Assembly (NCBI GenBank): GCA_900548765.1
Contig: URLU01000001.1
Coordinates: forward strand, 1-45,934
DNA length: 45,934 bases
Source of the DNA: an uncultured Lachnobacterium sp.
Lineage (GTDB): Bacteria; Bacillota; Clostridia; Lachnospirales; Lachnospiraceae
Direction: 5' to 3'
Shown: piece by piece, positions 38,977-45,934 of the stretch
How the letters are laid out: each line of letters starts with the position of its first letter
Numbering within the stretch: position 1 is the stretch's first letter
Program-made: the position numbers and the translations under genes
Notes under the pieces: generated by a model
What the model saw: the letters and a program-made list of their open reading frames with translations, nothing else
What the model was told of the DNA's origin: nothing
Database searches by the model: none

Positions 38977-41313
38977 ATGAAATGTAGTAATTGCGGTGCA
39001 GAAATCAGTGATGATTCACGTTTTTGTACATTCTGCGGAGCCAAGACTGTGCCAGTAGAGACCAAAGCAGAGGAAACACCTGTAGAGACACAGTCAGTAC
39101 AGGAAGCAGCGCCAGCTCAGGAGACACAGCCAGTACAGGCAGAGGCACCAGCCCAGGAGACACAGCCAGCTCAGGAGACACAGCCAGTACAGGCAGAGGC
39201 ACCAGCCCAGGAGACACAGCCAGTACGGGCAGAGGCACCAGTACAGGGAACAGCAGCCCAGGAGACACAGCCAGTACAGGCAGAGGCACCGGTACAGGGA
39301 ACAGCACCAGCACAGCAGGCAGCACAGCCACAGCAGACATGGCAGCCTGTACCACAGCCAGCACCAGCAGCCCAGAGCACAGGCACACCAGAGAAGAAGT
39401 CCGTTAAGGCAAAACCAATTATTATTACAGTTGTTGTAGCTGCAATTGCAGTTCTTGTAATTTTTATCATTGTAAAGCTTATCGGTTCTGTATCAGGTGG
39501 GGTAAATGAGAAGAGCATAGTATACCAGAAGGATGACACACTTTATTACATGTCAAACATGGATAAAGAGGACTCGGAAATCGAAATTGCTGACACAAGA
39601 GAGTATTTTTCAGATATCAAATTGCTGGATGATGGCAAGGCATTAGTATATATCGATGAGAGAAAATCAGAGTTATATGTAGTGCAGCTTGACAAGTTAA
39701 AGATGGATTCAAGCAAGAACGATAAGTATATCGAGGAAATTGATTCCAAGGTCAGCCAGGTAAGAGCATACGCATCTGATAATATTTATTATCTGAACAA
39801 CGATGGAGAGCTCTACTACTACAATGGAAAAGAAAGCAAAGAGCTTGATGATGATGTAGACAGCATTGAAGCAAAATGCGGTAATGTGCTGTATTATCAG
39901 TCATATAACAAGGATGGGGACTATGTATTAAACAGCTACAATCTCAAAACAGAAAAAGGTGACAAGATTGCCAAGAATGCATATGTATATGCTAATGATG
40001 ATGGAAAAATCTATATTCTTGCAGATGATGAGTTCCAGTCAGTAGATGGAAATGGCAAGGCAAAGACACTTGCAGAGGATGTTGAGTCTATATTGGATAT
40101 CGACACAGATACAGGTGCAGCATACATAATCAAGCAGGAAACACAGGAAGGCAAAGCCTATGATTATGTGACAGACGACGCAGAGGATTACTCAGATGTG
40201 AAGGAGCCGGTTAAGTCAGACTACTTTACAGAGACAACACCAGAGATTGCACTTGACGAGTACGACTATGAGGAGTATGTTGACGACCCTGATTATTTCT
40301 TTGACTGGCTTTGGACAGATGATGAGACAGGAATGTACTATCTCTACAGCTCAAATTGTGAGTCAGATGTATACACAGACAAGACAAACTGGTATATTTT
40401 CGATTCAGATAAATACTGGGATGATGAGTATGACTATGAAAACATAGCCTACGATAAGTCAAGAATTGAAACTCTGAGAGAAGACTTAAAGTCAGAGGAT
40501 GTAACAATTACAAAGAATAACTTATACTATATCGATGGAGATAAGGAAACTCTTATTCAGGAAAATGTATCAAGCTCATACACATATGCAGACGCTGAGA
40601 AAAAGGTAGTATTCTTTGGCGTGCTTGGAGATGATGAGGATGGCGTATCTATCAACATTAGTGATATTTACAGTGCATCAGATGTACAGTATCAGCTTGA
40701 TGATGCATACAGCTATTCAGAGCCATCAGATTATTACTATGCAGTAGGAACATCAGATAAGCAGAAATTAAAGGATATTCCAACTGGTTTATATTCAGAT
40801 TACAACAGCAGCAAGATTGTTGTAGCATATGTAGATGATGTTTATGATACCACTGGAGCTGAATTAGTTGCCTACACAGTATCTGGCAAGGATTTGAAAG
40901 AGGATGAGACATTATCAAAGGATGCATACTATTATGGCAAATGGTATGATGATGGATTCTATTTCTATGACAAGGCAGATAACGACGAGGGCAACCTGAC
41001 CAAGTACGACGGCGGAAAGCCAGAGGAGATTGCAAAGGATGTAAGCCTTTACTCACTTTCAATAAATGATGATGGAAGCCTTATCGAGATAGACGACTCA
41101 TATGATTTGATTTACTATGATAAGTCTGGAAAAGATAAGAGAATTGACAGAGATGTAGATGAGTATTCATACATCAACAGCAAGAGAATTGTCTACGTGT
41201 CAGATGGAGACCTGTATGTATACACAGGAAAGGATGATTCACAGAGAATTTCAAGAAATGTATACACATACTGGGTACCGGAAGAACAGTCAGGATATTC
41301 TAATAACTACTAA
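38977..41313 (+). CDS. Zinc ribbon / AQETQP repeat / TM / large acidic beta-rich ectodomain protein
   Basis: MKCSNCG...FCTFCG; TM IIITVVVAAIAVLVIFIIV; recurring LYYY.G...I..DV units suggest a beta-propeller (inference). Confidence 0.8.
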   Translation: MKCSNCGAEISDDSRFCTFCGAKTVPVETKAEETPVETQSVQEAAPAQETQPVQAEAPAQETQPAQETQPVQAEAPAQETQPVRAEAPVQGTAAQETQPVQAEAPVQGTAPAQQAAQPQQTWQPVPQPAPAAQSTGTPEKKSVKAKPIIITVVVAAIAVLVIFIIVKLIGSVSGGVNEKSIVYQKDDTLYYMSNMDKEDSEIEIADTREYFSDIKLLDDGKALVYIDERKSELYVVQLDKLKMDSSKNDKYIEEIDSKVSQVRAYASDNIYYLNNDGELYYYNGKESKELDDDVDSIEAKCGNVLYYQSYNKDGDYVLNSYNLKTEKGDKIAKNAYVYANDDGKIYILADDEFQSVDGNGKAKTLAEDVESILDIDTDTGAAYIIKQETQEGKAYDYVTDDAEDYSDVKEPVKSDYFTETTPEIALDEYDYEEYVDDPDYFFDWLWTDDETGMYYLYSSNCESDVYTDKTNWYIFDSDKYWDDEYDYENIAYDKSRIETLREDLKSEDVTITKNNLYYIDGDKETLIQENVSSSYTYADAEKKVVFFGVLGDDEDGVSINISDIYSASDVQYQLDDAYSYSEPSDYYYAVGTSDKQKLKDIPTGLYSDYNSSKIVVAYVDDVYDTTGAELVAYTVSGKDLKEDETLSKDAYYYGKWYDDGFYFYDKADNDEGNLTKYDGGKPEEIAKDVSLYSLSINDDGSLIEIDDSYDLIYYDKSGKDKRIDRDVDEYSYINSKRIVYVSDGDLYVYTGKDDSQRISRNVYTYWVPEEQSGYSNNY
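39112..39315 (+). repeat. In-frame 18-bp-module repeats PAQETQ/PVQAEA/PVQGTA
   Basis: CAGGAGACACAGCCAG recurs five times. Confidence 0.85.
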
Positions 41314-41337
41314 GAGGCAGCAGCAGACAGGCTGAGC

Positions 41338-41366
41338 TATAAGCTGCCATGCATCCAGAGAAGCTG
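41338..41366 (+). repeat. Partial copy of the repeat inserted at 2958-2999
   Basis: 41345-41366 TGCCATGCATCCAGAGAAGCTG is the exact reverse complement of 2976-2997. Confidence 0.8.
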
Positions 41367-41402
41367 ATAGTTATAGTTTCGCCGGGTGAATAACTTGTAA
41401 GA

Positions 41403-41434
41403 AAAAATCCCCATGTGCAGGCATGGGGATTTTT
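41403..41434. terminator. Bidirectional terminator between convergent genes
   Basis: AAAATCCCCATG-N-CATGGGGATTTT flanked by A and T runs. Confidence 0.8.
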
Positions 41435-41436
41435 AA

Positions 41437-41524
41437 TGCCAAAGTATGCCAAAGAAGCTGCCAGCGGCAGGTTCTTAGTATATCAAAGTATGCAATAAAA
41501 GCTGCCGGTGACAGCCTCGGCGGA
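41437..41524 (+). repeat. 2 x 44-bp copies of the CTGCC-N3-GGCAG repeat
   Basis: CAAAG at 41440 and 41484; units closely match those at 5348-5435. Confidence 0.85.
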
Positions 41525-41526
41525 TA

Positions 41527-41937
41527 TTACATATCCTGGCATTTAGGGCAGAGCCCATATATAATAGAGTTTTTACATTGTATGGCAAAACCATGTTCTG
41601 CCAGGATGTGCTCTGCAATCTCACTCATGAAGGAACAGTCAAGATGAAAGATGGCACCACACTTGGTACACTGCAGGTGCAGATGATTTTCACAGTGAAG
41701 CCCCAGATCAATGTACTGGTAGACAGCCTGATTGCCCTTTTCAGAGACATATTTCATGACGGTTCCGTCATTGGAGAGCTTATCCAGATACCTGTAAATA
41801 GTAGTGATGTTGACCTCGTGGCCGGTGTTGATAAGGTATTTTTGGATATCACTGACCTTTACAGTCCTGTCGCAGTTATTTTTTAAAAATTCAAGTATTT
41901 TAGTACGACTGGTAGTCGTATAGCCATTTGTACTCAT
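41527..41937 (-). CDS. Fur-family metalloregulator (Zur-like)
   Basis: TTIYRYLDKL HTH, HCENHLHLQCTKCG and YGLCPKC. Confidence 0.9.
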   Translation of the reverse strand: MSTNGYTTTSRTKILEFLKNNCDRTVKVSDIQKYLINTGHEVNITTIYRYLDKLSNDGTVMKYVSEKGNQAVYQYIDLGLHCENHLHLQCTKCGAIFHLDCSFMSEIAEHILAEHGFAIQCKNSIIYGLCPKCQDM

Positions 41938-41951
41938 TGCAAGTCCTCCAG

Positions 41952-42806
41952 TTAAAACACAATTCCCGTAAATTCAATAATAATTCCCCAGATTAAACCC
42001 AGAGCGTATACAGAACCGATAATAGCTGCATTTTCCTTAACATGGCGGTTGAGCCTGCACAGAATCAGAAGACCCACACCAGAGTTAACCAGAAGACCAG
42101 CCATCATAGGACCGGCACCGATGATTCCGTCCAGATAAAGCTGAGTGATAACCACAGAAGAAGCACAGTTTGGAATAAGACCAATCAGAGCCGCAACAGC
42201 TTCACCAACAACAGGGAGGCTTGAAAATAATGATGCCAGATTGTCCTCGCCTATCATACCGATTACAAGGTTAAGGATAAGAGAGATAATGAAAATATAC
42301 ACAAATATTCTGAGGGTGTGCTTTAAGGCGGCAACAAATAGTCCATCCTTACAACTGCAGTGCTCCTCCTCACAGACCACCTCTATGTCCATATCCTCAT
42401 CCTTCCTGTGAAGGGTGAAATGATAGATGAACTCCACAATAAATCCGGAGATAACCGCAATAACCACCTTGGTGCCAAGGATTTTTACAATAGTAGAAGC
42501 TGGCACAGCTTCTGATAAGAAAATAGGAAGCATCTCATCAGATGTGGACAAAAATATTGCAATCAGGGTTCCTACAGTAATTACGCGGCCGGCATAAAGG
42601 CTGGAAGCGGCAGCAGAAAAGCCGCACTGGGGAATCACACCCAGTAAACCGCCCCAGATAGGACCGGTCTTGCCGGCTGAGCTTATCTTTTTTTGCAGGG
42701 ATTGACCGGTATGGTGCTCCAGAGCCTCCATGGCCAGGTAGGTCAGGAATAAAAATGGTAGTAATTTTACGCTGTCTAATATGGTATCCAATAAAATGTC
42801 GAGCAT
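41952..42806 (-). CDS. Putative divalent-metal permease ('putative manganese transporter'/ArsP-like)
   Basis: LLPFLFLTYL.ME..EH, GVIPQCGFS, STSDE, central H/C/E-rich loop (CEEEHCSC), GLIPNCASS. Confidence 0.8.
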   Translation of the reverse strand: MLDILLDTILDSVKLLPFLFLTYLAMEALEHHTGQSLQKKISSAGKTGPIWGGLLGVIPQCGFSAAASSLYAGRVITVGTLIAIFLSTSDEMLPIFLSEAVPASTIVKILGTKVVIAVISGFIVEFIYHFTLHRKDEDMDIEVVCEEEHCSCKDGLFVAALKHTLRIFVYIFIISLILNLVIGMIGEDNLASLFSSLPVVGEAVAALIGLIPNCASSVVITQLYLDGIIGAGPMMAGLLVNSGVGLLILCRLNRHVKENAAIIGSVYALGLIWGIIIEFTGIVF

Positions 42807-42835
42807 AGGGTCTCCTTATATAATTCATAATTTAT

Positions 42836-42873
42836 AATTGCAATTTGATTGCATTTGCAAATCATTTGCAAAT
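42836..42873. promoter_or_regulatory. Tandem palindromic operator, likely for the cognate Fur-family regulator
   Basis: Perfect 10-1-10 ATTTGCAAAT-C-ATTTGCAAAT (42853-42873) and imperfect AATTGCAATT-T-GATTGCATTT (42836-42856). Confidence 0.7.
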
Positions 42874-42876
42874 TGT

Positions 42877-42904
42877 ATTATACAAGATGAGTGGCGAATG
42901 TCAA
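42877..42904 (-). promoter_or_regulatory. sigma70 promoter of the permease-Fur operon
   Basis: Minus strand TTGACA-N16-TATAAT. Confidence 0.75.
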
Positions 42905-42911
42905 GACTGAA

Positions 42912-43540
42912 TTTTGTAGATACTGGCGGCGTCGGGGATTGGGCATGGGTATGGATTCCCTGCAGAGGTCAGCCTTCAATATTTCTTAACTCCCCAGTAA
43001 TGCTTCTGCGCACAAGAAAAACCTGGTCGTAAACCCTTGTTTTGCCAACACAATTTTTTGCCTTCTTCGATTAAAGCTGTTCTTCAAACGATTTGACAAG
43101 GGGCGCAAAGTGTCCGTCTCAGGTGTACAACAATTCAGGGGGCATTCGTGTTGGACTTAGAGCCTTAGCGAAGGAAGAGCTGGGGCACCGTAGTCACATG
43201 TTTGAAAGCAGTTTCTTCTCTGCGCGGACGCGCATAAAAGAAACTGCTTGAGTTGTGCGCAGGTGCCCCTAATCGGCACTTCTTGAGCAAGGCTCTTAGT
43301 CCAGCTAGAATGGTCAGCTGGTTGTACACCTGAGACGGACACTTTGCGCCCCTTGTCAAATGCGTTGAAGTACACCTTATTGAAGGCAAAAAATTGTGTT
43401 GGCAAAAGCTACGGCTTTACTTTAAGGTTTTTCTTGTGCGCAGAAGCATTACTGGGGAGTCATAAGCTAGCTAAAAAGGCTGACCTCTGCAGGAAATCCA
43501 TACCCATGCCCAATCCCCGACACCACCAGTATCAGCAAAA
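42912..43540. repeat. ~630-nt non-coding fold-back (giant interrupted inverted repeat)
   Basis: Paired blocks 42919-42976/43476-43533 (55 of 58), 42989-43024/43425-43460 (36/36), 43040-43065/43382-43407 (26/26), 43091-43131/43321-43361 (41/41), 43152-43166/43289-43303 (14/15), 43182-43189/43262-43269, 43206-43217/43238-43249; apex TGCGC-GGAC-GCGCA at 43221-43234. Confidence 0.97.
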
Positions 43541-43569
43541 AAAATCCGCGAACCTGACATTCGCGGATT
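43537..43569 (-). terminator. Intrinsic terminator of the 43593-44195 gene
   Basis: AATCCGCGAA-N7-TTCGCGGATT with A8 on + (U-tract on minus). Confidence 0.8.
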
Positions 43570-43592
43570 AGTTATATAACAAAGTATGCAGT

Positions 43593-44195
43593 TTATTCCT
43601 CTGTGCCCTCAGTCCACTTCCGGAACTTCTCGACAACAGCATCATATGTTCTCTGGCTGATATCAGGAAGCTTGTCACCCCAAGCCGCAGTAGCCTGGTC
43701 AAATCCCTTTTTGAAAGCATTCAGGAGCTCCTCAGCCTTAGAAGAATCTCCGCCAGACAGAGCCTTCGCAAAATCCAGGATTCTGTCAGAGGTCTGCTCA
43801 ACACCCCAGTAGCCATCATCAGCGATGTCCTTCTGTGCCTGAAGGATAGTGTCCTGATCAACAGTCATATTCTCAAATACGCTTTTGAGGTTAGTGGCCT
43901 TTGCAAAAGTGAAAGCCTGATCTCCAATAGATTTTCTTACAATCTCTAAAAGCTGATTCTGTCTAGCCTCGGCATCAGCCTTAAGCTGTGCGACAATTGC
44001 TGAATTGCTCTTAGTTTTTGAAGAAGACTTTGTGTCTGTGTCTGATGACTTCTCATATACAGCAGCCTTGTCTGAAAAAGAAGCCTTATCAGATGACTTG
44101 CTCTCTGAAGTCTTGTCAGAAGCCTTTGCAGTTTTAGCAGTGGCTGTTGAAGTTGTGCCGACTGCAGAAGTTACATTGTAAATATCAATACCCAT
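43593..44195 (-). CDS. Hypothetical protein under a sigma28 promoter (S/T/K-rich N-terminus, helical C-terminal domain)
   Basis: AAGGAGG RBS; C-terminal DDGYWGVEQTSDRILDFAKALSGGD...LPDISQRTYD. Confidence 0.8.
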   Translation of the reverse strand: MGIDIYNVTSAVGTTSTATAKTAKASDKTSESKSSDKASFSDKAAVYEKSSDTDTKSSSKTKSNSAIVAQLKADAEARQNQLLEIVRKSIGDQAFTFAKATNLKSVFENMTVDQDTILQAQKDIADDGYWGVEQTSDRILDFAKALSGGDSSKAEELLNAFKKGFDQATAAWGDKLPDISQRTYDAVVEKFRKWTEGTEE

Positions 44196-44244
44196 ATCGT
44201 GCCCTCCTTGGTCAAATGCGGATGTCCGTATCCTTTCAAATTAT

Positions 44245-44271
44245 ATATCGGCAGAATTTGAAATATCTTTA
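44245..44271 (-). promoter_or_regulatory. sigma28 (SigD/FliA) promoter
   Basis: Minus strand TAAA-N15-GCCGATAT, exact consensus, ~50 nt upstream of ATG 44195. Confidence 0.85.
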
Positions 44272-44280
44272 TCGGGAAAT

Positions 44281-44309
44281 TTGCTCTTTGTAAGAATAAA
44301 TGTTATAAT
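44281..44309 (+). promoter_or_regulatory. sigma70 promoter of ispE
   Basis: TTGCTC-N17-TATAAT with TGn extension. Confidence 0.6.
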
Positions 44310-44342
44310 CCCTTTGTATACAAAAAACAGAGGAAGTACAAT

Positions 44343-45218
44343 ATGGATAAGATATCGCTTAAAGCATTAGCAAAGATAAATCTGGGACTTGATGTGGTCA
44401 GAAGAAGAGAAGACGGCTACCATGAAGTCCGCATGATTATGCAGACGATTCATTTATTTGACAGGGTGAATATAGAGAAAACCAGTGAACCGGGGATAAG
44501 AATAAAGACGAACTTGTCATATTTACCGATAAATGAAAATAACCTCATATATAAGGCGGGCAGACTGCTGATGGATGAATTTGATATAACAGAGGGCGTG
44601 TCTGTTGATTTGGACAAGCGGATTCCGGTTGCAGCAGGAATGGCAGGCGGAAGCACCGATGCAGCAGCTATGTTATATGGAATGAATAAAATGTTTGAGC
44701 TGGGATTGTCCATGCAGGAGCTAAAGGATAGAGGTGTCAGAATCGGGGCAGATGTACCTTACTGTCTGATGAGAGGAACAGCACTGGCTGAAGGCATAGG
44801 AGAGGAGCTTAAGTCCCTGCCACCTATGATAAAGTGTCCTGTACTCATTGCCAAACCACAGATATCCGTATCCACTAAGTTTGTATATGAGAACCTCAGG
44901 CTGGATGGAAAGACAGAACATCCGGATATAGACCAGCTTATTAAGGATATAAAGGCAAAGGACTTACAGGGGGTATGCGACCATATGGGAAATATTCTGG
45001 AGACAGTAACTATACCGAATTATCCCATAATAGCTGAGATAAAGAAAAACATGATGGAAAATGGAGCCGCAGGAGCCATGATGAGCGGTAGCGGTCCTAC
45101 AGTTTTCGGTCTGTTTGATGACGCTGAAAAGGCAAAACAGGCATACAAGGCGATGAAAAAATCAGGCTTGTCGAGACAGACCTACCTGACAGATATATAT
45201 AACAACAGAATTAGATGA
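44343..45218 (+). CDS. ispE: 4-diphosphocytidyl-2-C-methyl-D-erythritol kinase
   Basis: AKINLGLDV..RREDGYHE, KRIPVAAGMAGGSTDAA, GADVPYC, MSGSGPTVF. Confidence 0.96.
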   Translation: MDKISLKALAKINLGLDVVRRREDGYHEVRMIMQTIHLFDRVNIEKTSEPGIRIKTNLSYLPINENNLIYKAGRLLMDEFDITEGVSVDLDKRIPVAAGMAGGSTDAAAMLYGMNKMFELGLSMQELKDRGVRIGADVPYCLMRGTALAEGIGEELKSLPPMIKCPVLIAKPQISVSTKFVYENLRLDGKTEHPDIDQLIKDIKAKDLQGVCDHMGNILETVTIPNYPIIAEIKKNMMENGAAGAMMSGSGPTVFGLFDDAEKAKQAYKAMKKSGLSRQTYLTDIYNNRIR

Positions 45219-45246
45219 GAGGAAAATATTTTAAAGGAGAAAGAGA

Positions 45247-45924
45247 ATGACAGATAATCTTACACTTAATATGGATGCATATCTGCCACTTAGAGATGTA
45301 GTATTTAATACATTAAGAGAAGCAATCTTAAAGGGGGAACTGCAGCCGGGAGAGAGACTTATGGAGCTGCAGCTAGCATCAAAGCTTGGGGTCAGCAGGA
45401 CACCAATCAGAGAAGCAATACGAATGTTAGAGCAGGAAGGACTTGCAGTTACAATGCCAAGAAAGGGCGCAGAGGTTGCAAGGATGACCCTGAAGGATAT
45501 GGAGGATGTACTTGAGGTCAGGGAAGCTCTGGATGAACTGGCAGCCCAGATAGCCTGTGAGCGTATAACAGCAGAGCAGATGCAGATGCTAAAGGATACG
45601 AAGAATGAATTTGAAAAGATTCTTGAGACCGGAGAGGTAAAAAAGATTGCAGATGTGGATGTCAGATTCCATGACATTATATATGAAGCAACAGACAACG
45701 CAAGGCTTGTGGCTTTGCTGAGCAATATGAGAGAGCAGCTTTTCAGATACAGAGTAGAATACTTGAAAACCCCTGAAAACTATCCAGCGCTTATAAGCGA
45801 GCACAATGCAATTGTTGAGGCACTTGAGGAGAGAGACAAGGCGAAGGTGACTGAGGCAATGCATGAGCATGTGACTAATCAGGCTGTTGCGGTGAAGGGT
45901 ATTATTCAGGAACAGGATAAATAA
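45247..45924 (+). CDS. GntR family regulator (FCD domain)
   Basis: GELQPGERL.E..LA..LGVSRTPIREA; D..FH and EH..I FCD motifs. Confidence 0.92.
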   Translation: MTDNLTLNMDAYLPLRDVVFNTLREAILKGELQPGERLMELQLASKLGVSRTPIREAIRMLEQEGLAVTMPRKGAEVARMTLKDMEDVLEVREALDELAAQIACERITAEQMQMLKDTKNEFEKILETGEVKKIADVDVRFHDIIYEATDNARLVALLSNMREQLFRYRVEYLKTPENYPALISEHNAIVEALEERDKAKVTEAMHEHVTNQAVAVKGIIQEQDK

Positions 45925-45934
45925 ATAAATATAT

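Noticed and set aside
42838..43571. Short ORFs (64-82 aa) inside the giant inverted repeat
   Set aside because: No RBS or recognisable domain; mirror-image peptides arise from the palindrome

Overview
Chromosomal window of a motile, low-GC Gram-positive bacterium; gene content and synteny point to Lachnospiraceae (inference). Genes are mostly on the + strand. Housekeeping and envelope genes include PBP1A (partial), yigZ, tRNA-Gln(CTG), GNAT, acyl-ACP thioesterase, cvfB-like, ridA, an SH3/NlpC-P60 hydrolase, TagA-like, YitT, PucR-ftsEX, S41 protease, vanZ, frameshifted prfB, SPFH-zinc ribbon, ACT-hom, glpK, comF-yvyF, cdaA-cdaR-glmM-HPr-leuA, three rhamnose-polysaccharide glycosyltransferases, a zinc-ribbon membrane-protein/ABC-2 cluster, a Fur-family regulator with a metal permease, a sigma28-driven hypothetical gene, ispE and a GntR regulator. 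The most unusual signals are non-coding: (1) a ~630-nt rod-like fold-back at 42912-43540 built from long near-perfect helices separated by asymmetric loops; (2) two tandem covarying multi-stem elements with GCGAAGC mini-hairpins fused to the tRNA-Gln terminator; (3) a dispersed ~42-44-bp CTGCC-N3-GGCAG repeat family, one copy of which is inserted inside element (2); (4) a DnaA-box cluster with no dnaA nearby. No transposase, integrase or CRISPR array was seen. All family assignments are from motif recognition by eye, not database searches.
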